From NCBI GenBank assembly GCA_049697375.1, contig JBAVVQ010000017.1, positions 1 to 36,917 on the forward strand: a stretch of 36,917 nucleotides of DNA, written 5' to 3'. Numbering within the stretch: position 1 is the stretch's first letter; each line of letters opens with the position of its first letter. The stretch comes from Rhodomicrobium sp. GTDB taxonomy: Bacteria; Pseudomonadota; Alphaproteobacteria; Rhizobiales; Rhodomicrobiaceae. The translations under genes were made by a program, and so were the position numbers. Positions 8,734 to 19,122 of this stretch are shown piece by piece. A model generated the notes under the pieces. That model worked only from the letters and a program-made list of their open reading frames with translations. It did no database searches and was not told where the DNA came from.

Positions 8734-9528
8734 ATGCCGATAAGAAGCTCGTGTTTTACTGGACCAGCAATCATTCTCGTTGAGCCGCAGCTTGGCGAAA
8801 ACATCGGCGCTGCGGCCCGCGCCATGGCGAATTTCGGACTCCGGGAATTGCGGATCGTTAAGCCCCGCGACGGCTGGCCGAACGAGGCGGCCCGCGCGTC
8901 GGCTGCGCTCGCCGTCGAGGTCATCGATGGGGCTAGCCTGTTTGATTCAGTCGCCGCCGCCATCGCAGATCTGAATTATGTCGCCGCAACCACCGCCCGG
9001 AGCCGTTTTCTGGCGAAGCCGGTGCTTGCGCCGGATGGCGCGGCGGCGGCGCTGTTCGAGCGTCATGAGGAGAGGCTCAAATGCGGTATCCTTTTCGGGA
9101 AAGAGCGGGCCGGGCTTGAGAATGCGGACGTGGCGCTTGCCGATGTCATCGTCACCGCGCCTGTCGATCCCGAATTTGCGTCGCTGAACTTGGCGCAATC
9201 CGTTCTCCTGTTCGCGTATGAATGGCGCAAGCTCGTCAATCCCCGGTCGCTCGGCCGCCAGCTGTCCGACGCGCCGCAAGGGGCAGGCCAGCGTTTCAAG
9301 GCGAGCCGTCCCGCCGAACGCCGCGAGTTGCTCGGCTTTTTCGAGCATCTCGAACGCGAACTCGATGCGTGCGGATTTCTTTTTCCCCCTGAGAAACGTG
9401 ACACGATGGTCAACAACATCAGGACCATGTTCACTCGCATGGCGCCCACCGAGCAGGAGGTGCGCACCTTAAGGGGCATCATCAAAAACCTGCGCCGCGG
9501 CCCCTGGACGGGCACAGGGTCGCCCTGA
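8734..9528 (+). CDS. trmJ: TrmJ/TrmH-family SPOUT RNA methyltransferase
   Basis: ILVEPQLGENIGAAARAMANFG, LFGKERAGLEN, SLNLAQSV, EVRTLRGI. Start uncertain (8698/8704/8734). Confidence 0.9.
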   Translation: MPIRSSCFTGPAIILVEPQLGENIGAAARAMANFGLRELRIVKPRDGWPNEAARASAALAVEVIDGASLFDSVAAAIADLNYVAATTARSRFLAKPVLAPDGAAAALFERHEERLKCGILFGKERAGLENADVALADVIVTAPVDPEFASLNLAQSVLLFAYEWRKLVNPRSLGRQLSDAPQGAGQRFKASRPAERRELLGFFEHLERELDACGFLFPPEKRDTMVNNIRTMFTRMAPTEQEVRTLRGIIKNLRRGPWTGTGSP

Positions 9529-9648
9529 AACCGATGCAACCTAGTCATTCTCTTGCCGGGTTTATCTGCTTTTCCATAATCCCCATGAATTGTGGGCATC
9601 GGCGCTTCCAGCCCACGCTATCGTTCATTCTTGGGACTAAGAGCCGGT

Positions 9649-10176
9649 ATGATTCTACGATCCTTTTGTTTGGCTGTTTCGCTCCTGTGTGCATCCGTCG
9701 CCGCTGCGCAGCCGTTAGAGGCAACCGGCGAGGTGAGCGATAAGACACTGAAAACGCTAAAAGCGCTCGCTTGGCAGTCGCTGCCCTCCAGGATTACCCA
9801 AAGCGACAAGGCTATCGTTGAGATCGATAAATCAGATCCATCGAAAATTGTTATTCCTGATGCCGATGCGAGGGTGATCATCCGGGAAGCGCACCTCACG
9901 GCGCGCGCGCACAAGTGCGAACTGCAAGACCTGGTGATCGCAAACCGGGATGCGCTTCTTCTGCGGGAAAAAAAAACCGGCCGATGGACGGAAAGCCAGC
10001 TTCAGTATATCAACACCCTGCACCTTTTTACCGTCCAGCTTTTGCTGGGAAAGGTGGAAGCTGTCGATGCGAAGTCAAACGCGGCCGTTCCTTCTCCGGT
10101 AGTCTGCAACGAGAAGGAAAAACAGGAAATATCGAGCGCCGTCGAGGCGAACGAGAGGTTGCTCGGCAAATCTTGA
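9649..10176 (+). CDS. Exported hypothetical protein
   Basis: Signal peptide MILRSFCLAVSLLCASVAAA-Q from ATG 9649, protein-like composition, two Cys in the mature part. Confidence 0.75.
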   Translation: MILRSFCLAVSLLCASVAAAQPLEATGEVSDKTLKTLKALAWQSLPSRITQSDKAIVEIDKSDPSKIVIPDADARVIIREAHLTARAHKCELQDLVIANRDALLLREKKTGRWTESQLQYINTLHLFTVQLLLGKVEAVDAKSNAAVPSPVVCNEKEKQEISSAVEANERLLGKS

Positions 10177-10276
10177 TGTCGATTAGGTTTGCAAGAGAGC
10201 TTGCGACGCCGGTGACGGAGTTGCAGTTAAGAAATACGCAAAGTCAAATAAACTTCTAAACCGGGGCGGGGCGGCA

Positions 10277-12460
10277 GTGCGAAGGGCGGCGCTTTTTTGT
10301 GTTATTTTTTTATCCGCAATAGCCGTAATCACCGGCCCGGCAAGCGCCGCGGAGACCGCCGCTCTCGTGATCGAGGCTGATAAACCTGCCGTCACGGTGA
10401 CGCCCTCCGAGGCGCTTGGAGGCGGTCTCGACGGACATCACCACGAAGAGAGCAACCTAACATTCAAGCCCCAGACGCTGAAGGAACTCAAGGAGGCGCC
10501 TTTTTATAGTCTTGCCTATCGCCTGCGCACTGAACTGGGGGGAGAAGTCTGGCACTGGAACGAGCAGGGGATATGGAGTGACCCGGACCACGCCCAGGGC
10601 TACTGGACATCCAGCGCCACGTCCGAAAAACCGATCCAGGTTTCCAACGGCTACAGGCTTCCGCGCCGGGGCAATACAAAGGACCAGGCCAATCATGACG
10701 GCTACTCCCGCCTTTCGGACGGCGATCTGGAAAGCTTCTGGAAGAGCAACCCCTACCTTGACGCGTTTTACGCCGGAGAGGACAACGCGCTCTATCCCCA
10801 ATGGGTTCTCATCAATTTTCGGAAAGACGTGCCCGTCAACGCGTTGCGTATCCTTTGGGCCGAGCCCTACGCGGTCGACTACGATGTTCAGTATTGGGAG
10901 GGCGAACCCGCCGAATACTACAAGGATATGCTGCGCGGCCGCTGGCGCATGTTTCCTCACGGCGAGGTCAAGGGGGCAGTCGGTGGCGATGCCTTGCTTC
11001 GCCTAAGCGACACTCCAATCAAGTCGGCTTATATTCGCATCCTTCTGAAGAATGCTTCGGGAACGGCTCCGGCGGGGTCCACCGATGTGCGCGACCGGCT
11101 CGGCTTCGCCATCCGCGAGCTATACGCGGGCGTCATCGATGCCAATGGCGCTCTTGCGGATGCTATGACGCATGCGCGCGACGGGAAGAAGCAGAGCGAA
11201 ATCGTGACGTCCTCGACCGATCCCTGGCACCGCGCGACAGACCGCGACCCGGATATCGAGCAGCCCGGCATCGATCGCTTAATAGGGTCCGGCCTGGCGC
11301 ATGGAAGGCCGATTTTGATGCCGGCCGGGCTCCTCTATGACACGCCCGGCAATGTGGCGGCGGAGGTGCGTTTCCTGAAAGAGCGCGGCTACGATGTCAG
11401 GCAGATGGAACTCGGCGAGGAGCCCGACGGCCAGAACATATCGCCCGAGCATTATGGCGCGCTGTTCGTGCAGTTTGCCGACGCCATCCGCAAGGAAAAT
11501 CCTGGCCTCGTCTTGGGCGGACCTGGCTTCCAGTCCGAGGTGGATGGCTGGAACAGCATCCCGGATAACGAGGGCAAGACCTCCTGGATGGGCCGTTTCC
11601 TATCCTATTTGAAAAGCCGCCAGCGACTGGCCGATTTCGGTTTTTTCTCTTTCGAGTGGTACCCCTTCGATGACCTTTGCCAGGAAACGCCGCCGAAACA
11701 ACTCGTTCGTCACCCCGCACTCCTCGCTCAGACGCTTCGGCGGCTCGAGCAGGACGGCGTGCCCAAGGACATCCCCTGGATCATCACCGAATATGGCTAC
11801 TCTTCCTTCGCGGGGCAGGCGGAGGTGGAACTGCCGGCTGCGCTCCTGAATGCGGAGATCGTGCTGCAGTGGTTCATGGAGGGTGTTAAGACGGCCTATC
11901 TTTATGGCATGGAGCCGGGTGAGCCCATCCTCGATGGGGCAAGGTGCGAAACCTGGGGCAATCTCATGATGCTTGAGCAGAGGCCGGGAGAGCAGGCCAG
12001 CTGGAAATTGCCGACCTATTATGGGGCGCAGCTTTTGACAAAGGAGTTCTTCGGGGGCGCCGATGGCGAGCACAGGCTTTATCCGGTGCGCATCGGGGCG
12101 CCGAAAGATCAGCCATCCACGCTTGCGGCTTATGCGGTTCGCCGCCCCGATGATCTTTGGGCTCTGCTTGTTCTCAACAAGGACCCTGCGCGGACACAAA
12201 CAATCTCGGCCTTATTTGAAAGTGGCGGCTCCCCTCAAAGCGGATGGCTGGGGCCCCACGAGATCTTTCAGTATTCGCCCGTTCAATATCGGTGGAAAGA
12301 AAACAAGGACGACGGCCAACCTGCGTTTTCGAACCCTCCAGCCAAGAACCGAACCGAGAGCGCCAAGCCGCTTTCCGTCACGTTGCCGCCGATGTCGATC
12401 ACGATCATCCGCGCTCCGCGAAGCAAGGAAACGGCTCTGAAAACCGAAGCTGCAAATTGA
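10277..12460 (+). CDS. Exported glycoside-hydrolase-like protein (clan GH-A type) with an inserted discoidin/F5-8 type C domain
   Basis: Signal peptide, LSDGDLESFWKS...QWVLINF...YAVDYDVQY...AIRELY (discoidin), ELGEEPD, WIITEYG, C-terminal beta-sandwich (LLVLNKD...LPPMSITII). Confidence 0.8.
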   Translation: MRRAALFCVIFLSAIAVITGPASAAETAALVIEADKPAVTVTPSEALGGGLDGHHHEESNLTFKPQTLKELKEAPFYSLAYRLRTELGGEVWHWNEQGIWSDPDHAQGYWTSSATSEKPIQVSNGYRLPRRGNTKDQANHDGYSRLSDGDLESFWKSNPYLDAFYAGEDNALYPQWVLINFRKDVPVNALRILWAEPYAVDYDVQYWEGEPAEYYKDMLRGRWRMFPHGEVKGAVGGDALLRLSDTPIKSAYIRILLKNASGTAPAGSTDVRDRLGFAIRELYAGVIDANGALADAMTHARDGKKQSEIVTSSTDPWHRATDRDPDIEQPGIDRLIGSGLAHGRPILMPAGLLYDTPGNVAAEVRFLKERGYDVRQMELGEEPDGQNISPEHYGALFVQFADAIRKENPGLVLGGPGFQSEVDGWNSIPDNEGKTSWMGRFLSYLKSRQRLADFGFFSFEWYPFDDLCQETPPKQLVRHPALLAQTLRRLEQDGVPKDIPWIITEYGYSSFAGQAEVELPAALLNAEIVLQWFMEGVKTAYLYGMEPGEPILDGARCETWGNLMMLEQRPGEQASWKLPTYYGAQLLTKEFFGGADGEHRLYPVRIGAPKDQPSTLAAYAVRRPDDLWALLVLNKDPARTQTISALFESGGSPQSGWLGPHEIFQYSPVQYRWKENKDDGQPAFSNPPAKNRTESAKPLSVTLPPMSITIIRAPRSKETALKTEAAN

Positions 12461-12585
12461 CGGACCGGCCATAGGAACCGCCATAAGTCACTGACGTCCC
12501 GCCGCTGGTCGCATAAAAAGTATTTACTTGCTTACCTATGGGGCCTTTTTACGAAACAAAACCAATTTTAACCGATCGTAAACCC

Positions 12586-13434
12586 TCACAGGGTGACTGT
12601 TCTCGCCTTCGCAAGCTTGTCCAAATCCAGAAGCTCCCGCAACAGCGCTTCAATCGATGAAAGCGGCAGCATGTTCGGCCCATCGGAAGGAGCGCGATCG
12701 GGGTCCTGATGCGTTTCGATAAAGACGGCGGCGACGCCAACCGCCACCGCCGCGCGCGCCAACACCGGCACGAAACGGCGCTCGCCGCCACTGGCCGCGC
12801 CTTGTCCGCCGGGCTGTTGCACGGAGTGTGTGGCGTCGAAGACAACTGGGCACCCTGTCTCAGCAAGGATCGGAAGCGCGCGCATGTCAGATACGATCGT
12901 GTTGTAGCCGAAGCTGACGCCGCGCTCCGTGACGATCAGGTTGGCGTTCCCGGCCGAAAGCACCTTGGCGACCACATTCTTTATGTCCCAGGGCGCCAAA
13001 AACTGCCCTTTCTTGATCTTCACCACGCGCCCGGTTTCGGCGGCTGCGATGAGCAGATCGGTCTGTCTGCACAGGAACGCCGGTATTTGCAGCACGTCCA
13101 CCGCCTCGGCCACGGGCGTACATTGCGAGGCGTCGTGAACGTCGGTGACGACCGGAAGGCCAAGCGTTTCGCGAATCTCCGCGAAGATCGGGAGCGCCGC
13201 CGTGAGCCCGATGCCGCGGGCGCTCTTGCCGCTTGTGCGGTTCGCCTTGTCGAACGATGCCTTGAAGACAAGGCCGATGCCAAGGCGCGCAGCGATCTCT
13301 TTTAGCGCAGACGCCATTTCGAGGGCATGCGCCCGGCTCTCGAGCTGGCACGGACCGGCGAAAAGCGCGAGCGGCAGAGCATTGCCGATGCGAACGCCAC
13401 CGGCCTCCACGATGGGGTTGGGTTCGACGGGCAT
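12586..13434 (-). CDS. kdsA: KDO-8-phosphate synthase
   Basis: AGPCQLES, KASFDKANRTS, PAFLCRQTD, KKGQF, DATHSVQ, APSDG. ATG 13434 just after the pyrG stop. Confidence 0.97.
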   Translation of the reverse strand: MPVEPNPIVEAGGVRIGNALPLALFAGPCQLESRAHALEMASALKEIAARLGIGLVFKASFDKANRTSGKSARGIGLTAALPIFAEIRETLGLPVVTDVHDASQCTPVAEAVDVLQIPAFLCRQTDLLIAAAETGRVVKIKKGQFLAPWDIKNVVAKVLSAGNANLIVTERGVSFGYNTIVSDMRALPILAETGCPVVFDATHSVQQPGGQGAASGGERRFVPVLARAAVAVGVAAVFIETHQDPDRAPSDGPNMLPLSSIEALLRELLDLDKLAKARTVTL

Positions 13435-13435
13435 T

Positions 13436-15118
<1,683 letters not shown>

Positions 15119-15169
15119 TCAACGGTGACATCGGCCGCAGGCGAGCGGCTGATCTTTCCGCATGTGCGC

Positions 15170-15613
15170 TTATTGCGACTGTGGAGGCTGTGGCAGCGCT
15201 GGGGCGGCCGGGGCCGGCGCGGAAGTTGCAGGGCTGGACGATTGGGACGGAGCCGTTTCCGGCTTGAGCCTGGGCAGCTTGAGCTCGGGTAGGCTGCTCG
15301 GCGCTTTCTCTACAGGCGCGCCCTCTGAGGCTGGTGTGCTCTCCCCGGCGGGTGCTTTTGCCGGGGCTCCGACCACGGCCGAAGACGGCTGAGCCCGATG
15401 CCCCAGCATGCCAAGCCCAATCGCCGCCAGGAAGAAAATCGCGGCGAGAATCGCGGTCGTCCTCGTCAGGAAATTAGCCGCGCCACGACCGGTCACCAAG
15501 CCGCCTCCACCGCCTCCCATACCGAGTGCGCCACCCTCAGACCTTTGGAGAAGGATGAGCACGATCATCGAGATCGCGGCCGCGATGTAAACGACAAGAA
15601 GGATGGTGCCCAT
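15170..15613 (-). CDS. secG: Preprotein translocase subunit SecG with a Pro/Ala/Ser-rich tail
   Basis: LILLQRSEGGALGMGGG...NFLTRTTAILA, tpiA-secG-pyrG context. Confidence 0.95.
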   Translation of the reverse strand: MGTILLVVYIAAAISMIVLILLQRSEGGALGMGGGGGGLVTGRGAANFLTRTTAILAAIFFLAAIGLGMLGHRAQPSSAVVGAPAKAPAGESTPASEGAPVEKAPSSLPELKLPRLKPETAPSQSSSPATSAPAPAAPALPQPPQSQ

Positions 15614-15702
15614 AGACTTTCTACCGGTCGAAATTGGGGGAAGTTGTCGTCATACATGACTGGTTTCGGCGGCAAGTCAAGCCGTCAAAGCCGGGTTACC
15701 AG

Positions 15703-16179
15703 CTAGCGTGAGCTGGCGGAGCTGGCTTCGGCGGGCCGCTTCGCCTTCTCGGGCGCCTTGGCCGCCTTGGGTTTGGGCGGCTTGGCGGGAGCGCTTTCAC
15801 TGCGATCCTTCGCGCCGGATGCGGCATCGGCGGGCTTTGCGCCATTATCTTCGTCTTCGTCCTCAAGGTGTTTCAGATGCACGAGAGAACCCGGTGCGGA
15901 GCACCGGAACTTCATCTGCTCATCGAGATCAATATATTGCCGGACCAGGCCGAGATCGCCCGGCGAAAGGTGACCGGCTGCCCAGGCCGGTCCGTTTTCC
16001 ATGAGCTTATCCACATCGAGCGCCCTCAAATTCTGCAACTCCTGGGCGAGTTTTGCACAGGCGCTCTTGTCCAAGGGGGATGCGCCTGCGCAAACCGAGA
16101 GAAGAGCAGGAGCGCTTAAGGCAAGCGCATATGCTGCAAAACGAGATAACCGGGAATGAGAGGGCGCCGATGGGGTCAT
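15703..16179 (-). CDS. Exported hypothetical protein
   Basis: ATG 16179 directly after the tpiA stop, signal-like N-terminus, helical core bounded by two Cys, acidic then Lys/Pro/Ala-rich tail. Confidence 0.7.
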   Translation of the reverse strand: MTPSAPSHSRLSRFAAYALALSAPALLSVCAGASPLDKSACAKLAQELQNLRALDVDKLMENGPAWAAGHLSPGDLGLVRQYIDLDEQMKFRCSAPGSLVHLKHLEDEDEDNGAKPADAASGAKDRSESAPAKPPKPKAAKAPEKAKRPAEASSASSR

Positions 16180-16180
16180 A

Positions 16181-16972
16181 TTAAGCTGTCCCAGATTTTG
16201 CGGACGAACGCCGCTCCGAGGCTGCCTTGGCGGCGGCGATGATCGCAAGGAAAGAAGCCGCGGTCAAACTGGCGCCGCCGACGAGAACGCCGTCAACCTC
16301 GTCGCTCTCGAAGATCGATGCGGCGTTCGCGGCTGTGACGGATCCGCCGTAAAGCACGCGCCAACGCTTGCCAGCGCTTTCAGGGAAGCGCTTGTGGAGT
16401 TCACTTCGCACGACCTCATGAATGGCGGTTATGTCCGGTATTGTAGGGGATAAACCGGTGCCGATCGCCCATACAGGTTCATAGGCGACGATAACGGTAT
16501 CGGGCGTGCTTTCTGCCGGCACGCTCCCCGCGAGTTGCCGGGCGCACACCTCGGCTGCAAGCCCCGCGACACGCTCGTCCTTGGTCTCGCCGATGCAGAT
16601 GACGGCTTTCAGTCCCGCCTTCAGTACCGCTAAGGCTTTTGTGTGCACATCACTGCTCGTCTCGCCATGGCCGGCCCGCCTCTCACTGTGGCCGATGATC
16701 ACGGCCGTGGCCCCGGTGTCCTTCAAAATCGGCGCTGAGAGGTCACCCGTGAACGCTCCCTTTGGCTGACCATGACAGTCCTGCGCGCCGATTTCCACCC
16801 GCGATCCCTTAGCCAGCGACGCCGCTTGATGCAAAAGCGTCGCGGGTGGAAAGATCGCGACATCCGGTCCGGTAGAGGTGATCCCGTCCCTGATCGACTC
16901 GATTTCCTTGAGGTCCGCCTGCAATCCGTTCATTTTCCAATTGCCTGCGACGTAAAGTTTCGGTTCCGTCAT
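16181..16972 (-). CDS. tpiA: Triosephosphate isomerase
   Basis: AGNWKMN, GHSERR, AYEPVWAIGTG, LYGGSV, LVGGASL. Confidence 0.98.
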   Translation of the reverse strand: MTEPKLYVAGNWKMNGLQADLKEIESIRDGITSTGPDVAIFPPATLLHQAASLAKGSRVEIGAQDCHGQPKGAFTGDLSAPILKDTGATAVIIGHSERRAGHGETSSDVHTKALAVLKAGLKAVICIGETKDERVAGLAAEVCARQLAGSVPAESTPDTVIVAYEPVWAIGTGLSPTIPDITAIHEVVRSELHKRFPESAGKRWRVLYGGSVTAANAASIFESDEVDGVLVGGASLTAASFLAIIAAAKAASERRSSAKSGTA

Positions 16973-17152
16973 TTCATCTCCTTGGTTATGGCGGCTTCGC
17001 CCACGAATTTGTTGAAGCGTCCTATCAGCGCAAATCTTGATATTGCGCGCACGTTTTTATTCTCTAAATTACCCCAACGCGGACCCTGCAAGAAATGCCC
17101 GCCGGAATCAAGGCCCGGTTTACCTTAAGCCTGTAAGGGAAACACACCTCCC

Positions 17153-19054
17153 ATGATGCAAATGCTTCGGAAAGCGGCTGCTTTCATTATGTTCGCCATT
17201 CTCATTGGCGCGTTTGCGATCAGCATGGGCGGAAACAATTATTTCGACCGCTACAGGCACCAGACCGTCGCGAAGGTCGGATCCGAGGCTATCACTCCTG
17301 AACAATTCCGCCGCTCCTATCAGAGGGTGATCGAGAATCTGAGCCAAAGGGCCGGACGCCGCATCCCCGCTCAGGAAGCGAAAGCTTTCGGTTTGCCCAA
17401 CCGGGTTCTACAGGGGCTCATCCAGGATGCAGCGGTTGATCTCGATGCTCAGAAACTAGGGCTTGGTTTGTCTGAGGCTGGCCTGCGGCAGGCCATCACC
17501 AACACGCCGATGTTCCAGGATCCTCCCGGGACCTTCAGCCCGAAGAAATATGAACAGTTCTTGCAGCAGATCGGCTATGCCGCCCCATTCTTCGAGCAGG
17601 AATACAAGGGCGATCTCATCCGGCGGCAGATTCAGGGCATTTTTGACAAGAGCGGCATCCCATCGAAGGCTTTGCTGGAAGCCTATAACCGATACAGCAA
17701 TGAGCAGCGGACGCTTGCTTACTTTACCCTCCGAGCCGACGCGGCAGGCGCGATCGAGGCTCCGTCCGAAGAGACGTTGAAGAGTTACTATGATGAGCGC
17801 AAGGCGCAGTTCATGGCGCCGGAACTGCGAAAAGCCGCCGTCCTCGCCATCACGCCGCAGTCTGTCGCGAGCCTAATCAGCGTTTCCGAAGACGATATCA
17901 AGGCGGAGTACGCAGCCAAGGCCGCCAATTACGCTGTTCCCGAGCGCCGGAAGATCGAACTCATTCCTTTCAAGACAAAAGCGGCCGCCACTGCCGCCTA
18001 CCAGGAGCTGAAATCCGGGAAGGACTTCCTCGACGTGGCCAAGGAGGCAGGCTTCAAACAGCCTGAACTCGATATCGGGCTTGTGTCCAAGAAGGAGTTC
18101 TCCCAGAAATTCGCTACGAGCCCCGCCATTGTCGAGGAGGCCTTCACAACGGACAAAGGGTGGGTCAGCAGGCCCGTCGATGGCCCGCTCTCCACGGTGA
18201 TCATGCGCGTTCTAGAGGTCATCCCTGGCCAGGAGAAGACGTTCGATGAGGTCAAGGAGCAAATCCGCGCCGATCTCGTGAAGGCTCGCGCCACGGCAGA
18301 AAATGCCAGGCTCATCAAGGCTTTTGAAGAGGACCGCGCCACCGGGGTGATGCTTGCCGACAGCGCAAAGAAGCTTAATCTTCCACTCGAGGTCGTCACG
18401 TTTGACCGCACGGGCAAAGGCGCGGATGGCAAGGCCATCGAGTTGCCTGGCATTCCAATCGCAACGCTGGTCGAAGCAGCATTCAAGTCCGATGTCGGGG
18501 TCGAAAACGAAGCCCTGCGCCTGCCAAGCGGAGGCTATGCCTGGTATGAAGTGCAGGACATCGTGAAGCCCAGACAGAAGCCGCTTGATGAGGTGAAGGC
18601 TGATGTGGAGGCCGGGTGGCGCAGAGAACAGATCCAAACCAGGCTGGCCGAGAAGGCTCGCGATCTTGTGGCGCGCCTCAACCGCGGCGAGCCGATCGCC
18701 GATGTCGCGAAAGGCGTTGGCGCCGAGGTCAAGACAAGCGAGCCTTTGAAGCGCGAGGGATCGGAAGGGGGGATCCCGCCGGCCGCTATTGCGCAGGCTT
18801 TTACGCTCAACGAGCATGGAGCGGGATCAGCCTCGGAAGGCGAGTCCCGCGTCATATTCGAGGTTGAGAAAATAACGCTGCCTGCGTCGCTCAACGAGGT
18901 TCAGGCTCGCGGGCTGGAGCAGCAGCTCGGGAAGCAAATCGCCGAGGATAATTATTCGGGATATCTGGGCGGTATCATGAAGACGGCCGGCGTCTCTGTT
19001 GACCAGAAGAACTTCTCCGCCGTTTCAGGGGGCTCCTATGAAGGCGGTGAATAG
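17153..19054 (+). CDS. ppiD: PpiD-type periplasmic chaperone (SurA N-terminal + rotamase-like)
   Basis: N-terminal TM anchor, VAKVGSEAIT, FMAPELRK, 633 aa, position between tpiA and trpE. Confidence 0.85.
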   Translation: MMQMLRKAAAFIMFAILIGAFAISMGGNNYFDRYRHQTVAKVGSEAITPEQFRRSYQRVIENLSQRAGRRIPAQEAKAFGLPNRVLQGLIQDAAVDLDAQKLGLGLSEAGLRQAITNTPMFQDPPGTFSPKKYEQFLQQIGYAAPFFEQEYKGDLIRRQIQGIFDKSGIPSKALLEAYNRYSNEQRTLAYFTLRADAAGAIEAPSEETLKSYYDERKAQFMAPELRKAAVLAITPQSVASLISVSEDDIKAEYAAKAANYAVPERRKIELIPFKTKAAATAAYQELKSGKDFLDVAKEAGFKQPELDIGLVSKKEFSQKFATSPAIVEEAFTTDKGWVSRPVDGPLSTVIMRVLEVIPGQEKTFDEVKEQIRADLVKARATAENARLIKAFEEDRATGVMLADSAKKLNLPLEVVTFDRTGKGADGKAIELPGIPIATLVEAAFKSDVGVENEALRLPSGGYAWYEVQDIVKPRQKPLDEVKADVEAGWRREQIQTRLAEKARDLVARLNRGEPIADVAKGVGAEVKTSEPLKREGSEGGIPPAAIAQAFTLNEHGAGSASEGESRVIFEVEKITLPASLNEVQARGLEQQLGKQIAEDNYSGYLGGIMKTAGVSVDQKNFSAVSGGSYEGGE

Positions 19055-19122
19055 ATTTCGATGGCATGTCTCTTTGCGTTGATTGAGCCAAGGACACGCA
19101 ACTTCACGAGATCGCAAATCCA

